A stretch of DNA of 64,000 nucleotides from Hemiscyllium ocellatum (GCF_020745735.1 NC_083409.1:9971534-10035533), one strand, 5' to 3'. Numbered from the stretch's first letter, positions 22,707 to 34,960 are shown. Notes: generated by a model not told the origin, from the letters alone. Translations and numbers: made by a program.

Positions 22707-24068
22707 GTGTGCCTCTCTGAGTGTGAGTGTTTAACTTAATGCTGCTTGGAGGGGTCTCTCTCAGTGTGGATTTGTTACTCAGAGAGACACCTACAGGCAG
22801 CGTTCAGTAATGCAGACACATTCGGAGACACCTATCTGCAGCATGGAGTGTGATCATGTTCCTCAGAGTGAGGAACTGTCTCACAGAGTGAGTGTGTTAC
22901 TCTGTGCTGTCTGTAGGTGTCTCTCTGAGATATGTGTCTCCGAGCGTTGGATTGAGAATGGGCTTTGTGCTGGGGATTAAAGATTAGGCTTTAATCTTCT
23001 CAAATCATGAATGGAAAACAGTTCTGCTGATTCAGTCTGAGATGGCAGCTCATTCAGATGGCCGAAGTTAAAAATCCAACAACTCCAGGTGATAGTCAAA
23101 CAGGTTTATTTGAAAGTAGAAGCGTTCAGAGCACTGCTTCTTCATCAGGTAGCTGGAGGGGCAGGATCATTGGACACAGAATTTATTGTAAATTCAGATG
23201 GCAGCTGAGAAAGGTGAATACTGAGAGTGTATTCTCAGTAAGTGAGGGATTTCAGAGGCAGTGGGCACTGTGCTCCCTAATGCAGAAATGTCGATTTTCC
23301 TGCTCATCAGATGCTGCCTGACCTGCTGTGCTTTTCCAGCACTACTCTAATCTAGACTGTGCTCCCTAACGTGCTGCACAATTACAGGGGACTTTCTGAA
23401 TCCAGGGTCAATCGTGGCTGCCTGCCCAGCCAATGCTGGCTCCCCATAGTCATATTTCAGTGGTTAATTAACCCAAAACAAGGTGCAGCAATATTACCTT
23501 CCAGGGAGGGGAGCTGTCTGAGGGAGGGAGGTTGAATTCTTGCAGCCCCAAGAGAGGTTGTGGTGGATTAATGACAGGTATGACCACCATGAAGGTGCCA
23601 CCTTCTCTCCCCCTGCCCCAGCTGTGATGACCCTCAGGTTAAAAGTGTGACTGCTCTGGGATGATGACCACATTCCTGGGTGATGGAGGGAAGGTCAACT
23701 GCTCCCAAAGGCAGCACAAGCTGGATCAAAGGTGAAACAAGAGTAAGCATGGGGAGATTGAGGGTGACAGAAGGAGGGGGTTGGTTGGCAGGTTGTTATT
23801 CAGAGTCAGGTCCCAGAGTATCAGTCCTTCTGACATGCCCCTTTCTATCTGTCAGCCAGAGCTCCCTGATTGGACAAATTTAACTGGCCCTGTCAGAGAA
23901 CTCATATTTTATCAAAAAGAATAAAACATTTATTGAACAAGGAGCTCAGGAGCTAAATGACACTAGACAAAATGAATGGTTTGAAGGTTTCATTATGGAC
24001 ACCGCAAATGAGATTTGGTGAAGAACTTTTTCACTCAATGGGTGGTGGGAATCTGGAATGGACTGTCA

Positions 24069-24368
24069 TAGAATCCCTACTGTGAGGAAACAAGCCATTT
24101 GGCCCAACATGTCCACACTGACCCTTGGAAGAGTAACCTACCCAAGATCCAATCCCCTATCTTATTACTCTGCTTTTCCCCTGACTGATGAGCCTAACCT
24201 ACACATCCCTGATCACCACGGGCAACTTAGCATGGCCAATTCACCTAACCTGCACATCTTTAGATTGTGGGAGGAAACCAGAGCACCCAGAGGAAACCTA
24301 CACAGACACTTGGAGAATGTGCAAACTCCACACAGACAGTTGCCTGAGGCTGGAATTGAACCTGAGTC
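24069..24368 (-). mobile_element. HE1/V-SINE-like SINE
   Basis: Reverse complement of the SINE body seen at 940 and 3509. Confidence 0.8.
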
Positions 24369-24699
24369 AAAACACCCAATCCAGCCTTGACTTCGCTCCA
24401 ACCTCTGCCTCCACTTCTGGCCCCTCCCACTCTGCAACCAGGACTGAGACTACATTTCCCAGAGTCCCCCTGAGTCCAACTGCCTACCTGCAGCCAGCCA
24501 GCTCACTCGCTCTCCCTCCTCACCCATCCACCCCCACAGTGCACCCTATCCCTCCACTTCTCCCTCTTCACCTCATCCCCACCTTCCCACTCCCACACCT
24601 CACTCCATAACCCACCTCCACCCCAATCTCCTTTCTCTCCCACACCCATTCTCTCCCATTCCCATCACCCTTGCCCCCTCCCCTCCTTCAGCCATCTTG

Positions 24700-26836
24700 G
24701 ACCCCCCTGAAAACCTCCTCCCCCACCCCGAGCCTTGCCCCTTATAATGCTATCCCCCCACGACCTCGAACTCTCTGAGTCCAAAAGGTCCATCCTGAGA
24801 AAAGGGCTCACATTCGTTCCCCACCTCAAAAAATCCCGCACCCACCAGGACGTGGAGCTCTTCTTCCGCCGCCTCTACCTCCGTGTCTTCTTCTTTAACA
24901 AAAACTCCCAAACTCCCTCTGAGGACCCCTCCTCCCACCTTCAACCTTCCTCCTCCACTTGGTCAACCCCCCACCCCCCACCACCAGCTGTGTACACCCA
25001 ATTTATTCATTGCTGACCATTGATGTGACATCCCCCTCCACCAATACCCTCCTCCATCTGGCCCAACTGGTCCTCACCCTCAACAACCTTTCCTTTAACT
25101 CCTCCCAGTTCCTCTAAATCCAGGGGTGGCTATGATTACCTGGATGGGCCCCAGCTCCCCCTGCCCCTTTATTGGCTATGCTGAACAGTCCCTCTTCAGT
25201 GCCTACACAGGCACTGTGCCCCAGCTCTGCTACCATTACATCGATGACTGCATTGGTGCAGTGACCTGCACCCAGGCTGAACTGGAGCAGTTCATCGTCT
25301 TCACCCACAACTTCCACCCTACCCTCAAATTCACTTGGTCCACCTTCGACACCTCCCTCCCCTTTACTGACCTCTCCATTCCCATCTCCGGTGACAGTGT
25401 TCAGATCGACATTTACTGCAAACTCACAGACTCCCATTATTACTCGGACTATACTTTCTCCCACCCAGTATCCTGCAAGAACTCCATCCCATTCTTTCAA
25501 TTCCTCCACCTCAGCTCTATCTGCTCGTATGAGGAGACATTCCACTCCCAAGGATTCCAGATGTCCACCTATTTCGAACAACATGCTTTTGCTCCTTCTG
25601 TCATCCATCGCACCACCTCCATTTCCCGTTCCACTGCTCTAATCCCACCCCCCTCCAAACAGAATAAAGACAGAGTGCCCATTGTCCTCACCTATCATCC
25701 AAACCGATCTCTGTATCCAACACATCATTCTATTCCGCCAAGCCTAACAAGACCCCACCACCAAGAATGTCTTCCTCACCCTACCCCTGTCTGCCTTCCA
25801 CAAGGACTGTTCCCTTTGACAATTCTTGGTTTGCACCACTCTCTCCACCATCTCTCCTGAACCCCTCAGTACCTTCCCCTGCAAACGAAAAGGATGCAAA
25901 GCCTGCTGGTACACCAACCCCAGCACCTCCATCCAGGGCCCCAAACAGTCCTTCCAGGTGAGACAGAGTTTCACCTACCTCTCCTCCAACCTAGTTTACT
26001 GCATCAGGTGCCCGGAATGTGATCTTCTCTACATCGGGAAGACCAAACATAAACTTAGGCAGCGGTTGGCCGTGCATCTCAGCTGGGCCTGTAGGGGCCG
26101 GCCAGACCTCCCAGTCACCACCCATTTTAATTCCCCTTCCCACTCCCTTTCCTCCGAGTTCAATTCCCGCCTCGGGCAACTGACTGTGTGGAGTTTACGC
26201 ATTCTCCCCGTGTCTGCGTGGGTTTCCTCTGGGTGTTCCGGTTTCCTCCCACAGTCCAAAAATGTGCAGGTTAGATGAATTGGCCATGCTAAATTGCCCA
26301 TAGTGTTAGGCGGAGGGGTAAATGTAGGGGAATGGGTCTGGGTGGGTTGTGCTTCGGCGGGTCAGTGTGGACTTGTTGGGCTGAGGGGCCTGTTTCCATT
26401 CTGTAAGTAATCTAATCTAATCTAATCAACATGACCATCTTTGGCCTCCTCCATTGCCACAGTGAACCAAATCACAAATTGGAGGAACAACACCTCATCT
26501 TCCGCCTGGGCAGCCTACAGGCCAGAGGATTCAACACTGAGTTCTCCAATTTCAAATACCCTCCCTTCCCATTCCCTGACTCCCTCCCCAGCCCCTCCCA
26601 TCTCTTCCACTCCTCTCTGCCACCAAACAGATTCATTCCTTCCATTGACGAACCAGGTCGTGTCCTCTGCCTGTCTTCATCTATCCCCGTTCTCCACCCT
26701 GCCCCCGCCACCCCCTTTATCTGCAGCTCCGCCTACACCCACCGCCATTCCTGAAGAAGGGTTACACCTGAAACATCAACTTCTTAACCGCCTGATGCTG
26801 CCTGGCTTGCTGTGTTCCTCCAACCTCCTGCCTGTC
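24700..26836 (+). mobile_element. Penelope-like retroelement (RT plus GIY-YIG endonuclease), degenerate, interrupted by a SINE at 26155-26427
   Basis: LRKGLTFVP...DVELFFRRL; MGPSSPCPFIGYAEQ...YIDDCIG (RT); SNLVYCIRCPECDLLYIGKT (GIY-YIG); LEEQHLIFRLGSLQ C-terminus; 3' tail CTGAAGAAGGGTTACACCTGAAAC. Confidence 0.88.
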
Positions 26837-27838
26837 ATTGAATGGAACCAGCAGGAAAGGGCTGGACAATCAAGTGTCGGGGCCATCAACAAATGGGAAT
26901 GGGACACACTACAGATAGATGCATTGAGTCAGTCAATCACAAAGAGAAGACCAAACTGGAAATGAAATATTCATACACAGTTTGAATTTAATATCAGAAA
27001 GTGTGAGACCATGCACTTTGTTCAGAATAATCGAAAGGCCGACTATTATTTAAATAGTGAGAGATTCCAACAAAGCGCAGTACAGAGTGATCTGGGTCGT
27101 ATTGTGCATGAAACACTGAAAGTTAGTGCATGTACCGTCAGTAATTGAGAAGGTGAATGGAATTTTCACCTTCATTGCTGGGGATTGGAATTTAAAAGTA
27201 GAGAAATCTTATTGAAACTTTATAGGGTGTTGTGAGCCTGCATTTGAAGTATTGTGTGCAATTTTGGTCCCTGTATTTAAGAAAGGATGGACAGTCATTG
27301 GAGTCCTACTCCTGCTTCAATTTCTCATGTTCTTGTGTGCTCCAGTGTCCCTCCCTCACAGCACAACTGGTTTGTCCTCTGCCTGCAGTAGCAGCCTCCA
27401 GTCTCTGGGTGGTGCTGCCGTACGATCTGACTTGCCCAGGCTGTCACAATTCCCACATCACAACAATGCCTGGACTTCGGAAGTATTGAATTGGCTGTAA
27501 AACATTTTCCAACATCCAAGCTCAAAAACGGCATCATAGAAATATAATTCTCTCTCCTTTTATATTTTGTCTCCAAGCCTTCCCACCTGTCATCCAACAA
27601 CATCGCACACTTGTGTAAAATCTAGAATGGATCATGAATCTCTGGGAGAACTTACTTTGTGACAACACTGGGTCTAATGACCACATCCTCAGTGGGCTTT
27701 GAGGGTGAAGGTCAATAGCAGTCTCACTGGCACTTGATCTGAATTGTCTCCAGTCAGTCAGTGCTTTTGTCTGGTCCAGACAGTACTGACCAACCTTAGA
27801 TCCCTGTGATCTGATTGAGATGAAGGGTGAGCTGTGCT

Positions 27839-27940
27839 GGACTTTCACACATGGCTCACACACATGGTGAAGCAGGGATTCCCCATTTCAGAAGAGTAAA
27901 TGGAACGAACGAACTGGGTGGATGTGACATCTCCACCTGT
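27839..27940. promoter_or_regulatory. Candidate Ig light-chain 3' enhancer motif cluster
   Basis: CACATGG twice (27848, 27861), perfect kB site GGGATTCCCC (27875-27884) and CCACCTG (27933-27939) within about 100 bp. Confidence 0.35.
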
Positions 27941-28699
27941 CCCCAAGAGAGTGGGGACAGGAACAGTAATATTCTCACACAGAAAGGATGTAAACATTTT
28001 AACCCAGAGAGGGAGAGGGGGTAGGAAAAGCAATGTTCACTAAAGACAGGGGACAGTATCTGTCTGTTCCCCACTTTCTTGTTGTGTTGTGACCTTGGGA
28101 AATTGGTTTGGTTTATATTTTCTCAGTTGTATTTAGGTTTGATAAAGCTTTGGGTCATCTTGTTTCGTAATGCCTTATCTGGCCCTTGGTGATTTTATTT
28201 TGTCCGATAACACTCCCACAAAGTGTCTGATTTAAACAGGATTGTCCGGAAGTACCCATCAAGTTTAGTCAGCATTTGTGGGGAAAGATACAGATAACAT
28301 TTCAGGGGCTGACGTTCTTTCAAACTCAATTTACTTTTTCTGAAAAGGGAAATGCTGTTTGAAGCTTTTAATTTTGTTCTGATCAGGACAGAATTGGAAG
28401 AATACCAAATCTCAAAGGATTATGTTGATTTTGTGGCAGGTCTTATTCCTTGCGTTCTGGTTTTCTTTGTTTTGTTTTTGCATGTGCCTTCACGTTTTTT
28501 GATGTTGGACTGAGTCCCCTGTGAGATAATGCACCTTTCCAGAGGAAAGATTCCTCTGTGGGTCAGCCTGGTCCTTTGTGGGTGGACTAGACCTTTGGAA
28601 AGACTGAACACCTGTGTGTGTGCTGGGAGGTGAGCATTTGCTGCTTCCTGGATTGGACCCTGGATTGGATGGGTCACTACTTCCTTGGGAAGAGCTTAT

Positions 28700-29270
28700 T
28701 CATTCATCAGCGCTGCTGGAGGCGGGGCCAGTGACGTCATTCCACACCAGGTCGTATTTGCTCACGTGATCACAGGGTCTTACGCCTCAACGTGGCGCCA
28801 ATGAATCGCTGTATCCTGCTTGGTACTTATTCGGTAAAAAAAAGTTGAACAGACTGAAGTGAAACCGCTTATTCAAGTCGTACTTATATTTAAAATAGTA
28901 GTTTATAATAATTGGAGTGCGACCGATTCCGTTGCCTTGCACGAATTCCTCCTTTTCCCTCAGTGGGGGAGGGTATTCTCTGTGTCCGTGTATTGTTTGG
29001 GAGGTGGACCCGCCGATGGCGGCTCCGGGGTTGACCGGGACAGCGGGGGAATGACGTTTTAGAGAAAGCCGTGAGGTTACCCGCTGCGGTGTCATTGCGC
29101 AGGCGCGGTACGATATGACGCGGTGTCATTGCGCAGGCGTGGGATTATCAGCTTGGGTCGTGCGCAGGCGCGCCGCTGCCGGCCAATGTGTCGTTGCGCA
29201 GGCGCGGCATGACCGGCCACGGTGCACGAGTGTTTGGATCGCGGGGAATTCAAATTGGAACGGCTCAGTG
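28700..29270. promoter_or_regulatory. CpG-island promoter (GC box, CRE, E-box, CCAAT, four NRF1-type sites)
   Basis: High CpG density in an otherwise CpG-depleted window; GAGGCGGGGCC at 28719, TGACGTCA at 28732-28739, TCACGTGA at 28762-28769, CCAAT at 28798, TGCGCAGGCG(C/T) at 29096, 29130, 29161 and 29195. Confidence 0.75.
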
Positions 29271-30079
29271 TCAGAGAGAACAGCCCAGTGAGGCTTGGAG
29301 CTCCTCTCAGAGTCAAATCTAACACCAAGACTGTCCAGACTGGCTTCACCTACTGTTGCAATGGAGACTGGATTCAAAGCAATTACTTTAATCTTCAGTT
29401 GGAGGAAACCCCTGCTCATCTGTGATTCCGGAAAACAAAAATGTAGTGGATGTGTGTGTCCTGCTGGTGCAGCATTATTGTTCACACCGAGTTACCTTTG
29501 AGCAGGTGGCAGTGGGCTGTCTTGAACCACTGCAGTGTGTGAGCTGTAGGTAGATCCGCAGTGCCCTTGGGTGGAGTTCCTGGATATTGAACCAGTGATA
29601 GTGAAGGAGTGTCAGTATATTTCTAAGTCAGAATGGTGAGTGGCTTGAAGGGGAATTTGCAGGTAGTAGTTTTCCCATATATCTGACTTTGTTCTTTTAG
29701 ATGGAAGGTTTTAGTTTTGAAGGAGCTGTTCAATAACTGTCATAATTGAGGAGGGAATAAAGGCTAAGTTCATTGGCTTCTTTGGCTACAAACACATCCA
29801 TAGAATTTGGACTAAATGAGACCAGCCCCTGAGCTGCCAGCTGGATACCAGAAGATTGTGTTTTAGGAGGATTGTGTGTTAGACGGAGATATGTGTAGAT
29901 TGAGACGGAGAAAAAACAATTTACTTCAGTCGTCGTGTTAGATGTGGCTTGGATAAGAGTTATTTCAAAAATGTGGCAAATTACAAAATTGATTGGAAGG
30001 GTTTACATGTCGAATTTGGGAAAGATGAGCACAGATTTGAGGCAACAACGTATGTTATATGAAAATTAGCAGGCACTGA

Positions 30080-31623
30080 TGTTAAAGTACAGATTTGAGA
30101 TGGCCCAAGGAATCCCTTGTGGCCTCAGACCTGTAAGCCTCTCTTGGTTTGTCCCGGCTATTGTACTCTGAGTCTGGAATAGCCTGGAATAAAAACATCT
30201 TACGGACAGTTTAGTTTAATTTTAGTCTTACCCTTTATTTACCAATAACATCTCTGTTACAACAGAACACTGGGATTTATTAGCCAGACTAACTAAGATT
30301 CTAAAATCTTAGGAGAGTAGCGACCAGCTCTGCCTTGAAGAGCTCTAGCAGGTAACTCTCTCCTGTCACAAACAGGTTTCCTTTATACAAATTTTTACAA
30401 AAACATTGCATTTGATTAGATTTAAGCACTTGGCGAGACAAGTCCTTACTATAATAAGGAGGTACCAGTCGAAACTAAGTGGGAGAAGTCGTAAGGTAAT
30501 CTTGCATGTCAAGTATCGTTTTTTCCAAAATGGCTTCTTAGCGAGGAAGGCAAACGTTGACCATTTAAAAAATGGCTTGTTCATAGATTGTGTCAGAATC
30601 TCTTCTATATTGGGTGAGAATAATTTTTAAACTATGAGCAGACTCTTGCTTTTTATCTTAAGCAAACAATCATTCTGAACCTGAGGCTGAATTGTTACTG
30701 CAAAGTTGTATTTCAAATGATTCATTTGTCTTGAATTAGACATTTAATTTCTTTTCAGGGTTGTGGCTCAAATTCAAAGAGGACATAGATCTGACTCGTT
30801 AGAATTGATAGTGGGGCAGTCATGGTCTGTAAGAACAGCAAGTAAGTTAAAAGCTTCGTCAGCATTACCTTTTATAGAATTTGCATTTCATAATCAGCGA
30901 TTGTTACTCAAAATAATCATAAAGTCCCAAAATGCAATTAAGTTCAAAACAAGGGTTATGGAGATAACACCGGAACAGGATAATGATTGTACATAATCAG
31001 CCATGGCCATAATAAATGATGGTGCTAGCTTGAAGGGCCGAATGGCCGACTCCTGCACCTGTTTTCTATATTGAATCCACAACAAGTAAGCGTGCATTCC
31101 AACCAAATCACAGTTAATTTTCTATTGGTTTTGGCAATCTCAGCGTTAAAATGTTGTTCTCTCACTCTAGTGTCTTTTTGAACACCCAGGTTAGGGACTG
31201 TAACAGAATAATGTTTTTCCCTTTCTTTCTGCCGAGCCTGCAAGGGTAATACGAATCCAGTATAATTAATACGACCTGACCATTAATTACAAGGCTTTTG
31301 ACATGCTTGCAGGATGATACCAAGTCAGAGATCAGAATTAAACACTGTCATTAATTTCACAAGTAAACACCCATGAATGTTATCACTCTGTGTCCTGTTT
31401 ACACAGATTCATTGCTGTTAAGGCAATTGTTCTTAATTGCCTTGGAGCATCCTGTTACCACTCGGTGAGAACAGATGTTTTTACCTTCTGCACATCCTGG
31501 GTTCCCCCTTTTGCGGCCTGGCGCCTCCCTGGCTGTCCTGTTTATTTTCTACTGTGCAACAAATGTGTTCTATAATTCAACATTACATTTAGTCAAAATG
31601 TTTTAAGGCTATAAACTTTCTCA
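30080..31623 (-). repeat. 3' LTR of the ERV (about 0.9 kb longer internally than the 5' LTR)
   Basis: Starts TGAGAAAGTTTATAGCCTTAAAAC on the minus strand right after the PPT; both ends align with 35410-36169. Confidence 0.8.
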
Positions 31624-31634
31624 TTCCCTCCTTT
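31624..31634 (-). other. Polypurine tract
   Basis: AAAGGAGGGAA immediately before the TG of the 3' LTR. Confidence 0.75.
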
Positions 31635-31699
31635 AGTCATTTCATAACAACTACATAAGTTATACAAGTATAATTAGTTCATTCAGTCTATTTGTATTC

Positions 31700-34003
31700 T
31701 CAATAATTTGAGTGCTTCTTCTTGCGAGTCATTGTCCGGAGGATCAGAGCGGAAAGACAATGGATTTCAGCAGAGACATTCAGACGTGGAGCTACAGGGG
31801 TAGGCAAGGGTCGATTAACAAGATTCCTCTATGGCTTAGGCGAAAAGCAATGTACAGTCCATTCCATGCATAAGTGGATGACACTGAATATTCCTAGGAT
31901 GAGACCGGGGCCTATCAGTACGTTCCACACAGCGACCAAAGCCAGCAAGTAATACTCCATCCATATGGATCGGATGATGGTGCGGCAGGTGTTTTCCCTA
32001 CATCTTGACCAGTTTTGTTGATAACATCTATGTTGTCCAAAATGTCTTTAGAGAAATCATTGATGTAGATGCAACATTGTTGGCCAATAACAGAACAAGC
32101 ACCTCCTTCTTCAGCAAGGAGGAAACGTAGCATGAGCCAATTCTGAAGTGTTACCATCCAGGTCTCCTGTACCTCTTTGTTCACCAGTTTCAAAGCGTGG
32201 GTAGTTGAGTTGGCAAGTGTATCGATGTCATGCACACGGTCAGTTACCTGATCTCGGGCCTTCTCAACATCCCAGCCAGGAGTAAGGCCTCCCAGCAACT
32301 TGCATCACCAGGTTTCTTGATGGAAGAAGTTGTCTAAGTCCTGCTTGAATTTCCTCTACGTTTTGTTCCATTATGCTTCACATGTTGGTAGGCGTTCATT
32401 CATCACCTACCTCAGATACTTCATGGTGGAGGGTAAAAAGTGGTAAATTTTGTACTAGGGCACAACATTCGTACCAGTCATTGGGTAAATATGGGTGGCC
32501 TTTGTTTTCACATCGCCAATGAAGGCTAAAAGGAGTTCCAAAGGCACACTTCTGTGCGTGAATGATGAATCCACTCAAGGCGAGAGCTGATTCTTGTAAA
32601 TAGTGGGTGCTCTCAAACGTTTGGATGTCCAAGTGTATTAATGAATGAAGAGCAGGAGTATGAACAGTGTCTTTGATAACATTTTTACACAGTGCTGGCT
32701 TCACGTTCCCCATGTCTTGGGTACCGGATGTTCTTTCAACGCACCATTCTAACAGCAAAACAACGTCAAAGTTGAATCCTTGACGTTTGTTAGTGCATTT
32801 CACATAGAGATGCACCTTCTACCGAATGGGTTTTGCCATCATAAATGAGGGGTTGCATAAGTGGGTGAATCCTATTTCTACACTGTACATCAGAATGATG
32901 GAAGAGTGAGCAAATGACACATGGATCGGGGGTTTAGCTTGAGTAAAGAAACTATTGGTAACAGAAGGGAGATTGGGAGTGCATAGTATCTTTCCAGCTC
33001 GTCATCTTAATTACAGTAACTATTGAATACAGGAACTGTATACAGAGGAACCTCGATTATCCAAATGAGACGGGCCGGCACTATTTCATTCAGATAATTG
33101 ATTGATTATTCGGTTAATTGATTTCCTCTGGGTCTGTGAAGTCTGATCCCCGATCAGGACGCACGCAACATTTTGACAGGTTCTGCCTCTGTCCTGTACA
33201 GGGCAATGTTGGAGCGATAATCTAGGGATGGGGTGTTTGGGGTTCACCCCTGTTTAGAACTCCGGGGAGAGAGAGAGGGCAGGAGGTCAGTCATTTGGAG
33301 ATGGTGTCTGGACTGGTCAGGACTGTCCTCGGCAGCATTTCAGTGAGCCGAGCATGCTTTTAATCATTGTACCTGTAAACAGAAGACGTGATCAGGATTA
33401 AAATCGCTCTTTGATGTAATGTTTCTATCGGGACCTTAAGATCACCTTCGGATAATCCGATATTCGGATAATTGAGGAACCTGTGTAAAGGTATTTCTGT
33501 CAGTGGTGGTAGGTCGAATAGGTGAAGGTGCCATCGAGAAGGCATAGGTTGTCTGTCACGGGAGTAGATGCCTGAGGGTTTTGTGATTTCGGTACTATGT
33601 GCTCAATACTGCAATCCGTACGGTTTGTTTTGAGAGGGGAACAGACAGACATTTCAAAGTAACAGTTTTCGGTTGACAGAATTGTGCCATCTCATGATGT
33701 CTGGCATGGAAGTGTTGCGAGGATGATGACAAGGTCGAGAGTGATGTTTGGATACAAAATGTGAGCAGTTTAACTGAGTTTCAGCTGGGCAGCTGCATTC
33801 ATAACTTCCAATGGTATTAGTACAGGTTTCATTTGTACAGTTACATTGGAATTGTAGGCAGTCTGAGATATCACAGATATCACGGTTACATCTGGACGTA
33901 TGTACTTGTGTTGGGTTTTCATCGGATACCTGTATCAGTACTAACACAGGACTGTGAGGGAGATACACGCTTGCAATGTCCTTTGTCGACCCAAGTTGAA
34001 CAT
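31700..34003 (-). pseudogene. env: Retroviral env (gamma-type TM) with an N-terminal EGF-like module; stops, frameshifts and a MITE insertion
   Basis: LQNWLMLRFLLAEEGGACSVIGQQCC (immunosuppressive domain plus CX6CC, 32071-32148); SU C-terminal HWRCENKGHPYLPNDWYECCAL; fusion-peptide-like LLGGLTPGW; TM anchor VLIGPGLILGIFSVIHL; putative start MFNLGRQRTLQACISLTVL overlapping the IN end. Confidence 0.88.
33043..33485. mobile_element. Tigger/pogo-like non-autonomous DNA transposon inserted in env
   Basis: Terminal inverted repeats CAGAGGAACCTCGATTATCC / CACAGGTTCCTCAATTATCC, flanked by TA at 33041-33042 and 33486-33487. Confidence 0.75.
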
Positions 34004-34960
34004 TCTTCTACCTTTACTGCAGTTTCAGTTGTCAGAAAATCTTGATAAGGACCTTTCCAGCGAGGGCCCAATCTTTGATGATTAAAGTCCTTCAATCATA
34101 TGTAGTCACCAGGATTGATGTTTTTAAACTTTGGAGTTAGCTCCTCTTCCTTCCCTGGTACACAATAGGCTGCTTTGACTTGTTCTTAAAAATGTATTGC
34201 TTCAGGAAATGGCCTGAAGAAGGGCTTATGCCCGAAACGTTGATTGTTCTGTTCCTTTGATGCTGCCTGACCTGCTGCGCTTTTCCAGCAACACATTTTT
34301 AAGCTCTGATCTCCAGCCCTCACTTTCTCCTGCTTTGACCTGTTGATGATACGACTGCAATGCTTTGGTCAGCTTAATCTGGTACGTGTGCATTTCTTCT
34401 GCTGTGACATGCACATCAACCGGGTGTTGGAGAGTTAATGGTGCAGACCAGGGAGTTCTCATGGGCTTTCCATAAATCAGTTCAGTCACCGAGAATCCCG
34501 TCTTTTTCTATGTCATGGTTTTCTCATATAAAAGGGCATTTGGGAATACTTGCAGCCAATTACGACCAGTTTCTTCCACCAACTTGCTGAGCTGACCTTT
34601 TAAATTACAATTGGCTTTTTCTACAATTCCCACTGCTGGGAGATGTTTGGCACAATGGAATTTTCACTCATATTCAAACTCTTACATAGTGCCTTGTTTA
34701 GCTCCGCACAGAAATGGGAGCCATTATCAGAAGAAACCTTTACTGGGATTCCAAATCTGGGCATGATTTCCTTTAACAGAATTTTACAAGTAGTTGTTGC
34801 TGTGCAGTCAGTACAGGGATAAACTCCAATCCGTTTGTTAAATACATTGATTATCACTCAGCAATACTTATAACAATGGCATCTCGGTGACACCCTAAAC
34901 ACTCACTGGATAGTGTCAAAAGGTGCACTAGGCAAGGGAAGTGAATGGACTAATTCCCCT
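33919..34960 (-). pseudogene. Retroviral integrase remnant (interrupted by a Penelope tail at about 34200-34330)
   Basis: LPSAPFDTIQ, GVYPCTDCTATTTCKILLKEIMPRFGIPVKVSSDNGSHF, ELIYGKPM and PGDYI...GPRWKGPY...TTETAVKV...W...HCK (GPY/F module). Confidence 0.9.
34214..34241 (+). ncRNA. Penelope-associated minimal hammerhead ribozyme core
   Basis: CUGAAGA-A-GGGC-UUAU-GCCC-GAAAC-GUU: intact core, perfect stem II, NUH triplet; stem I imperfect. Confidence 0.6.

Noticed and set aside
23387-23397. kB-like GGGGACTTTCT downstream of C
   Set aside because: It mismatches the conserved terminal C and has no supporting motif cluster.
28850-29070. Possible Pol III/snRNA gene (TATA-like boxes, TTTT end) within the CpG island
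   Set aside because: No convincing PSE spacing, and no similarity to U6, 7SK, RNase P/MRP, Y, vault or telomerase RNA 5' ends as I recall them.
29222-29501. Short ORFs just downstream of the NRF1 sites
   Set aside because: No recognisable homology, and they run into repeat sequence. They may be 5' UTR but are not supportable as CDS.
30760-30842. Exon-like segment with AG/GT boundaries
   Set aside because: It lies inside the 3' LTR and has no recognisable protein match.
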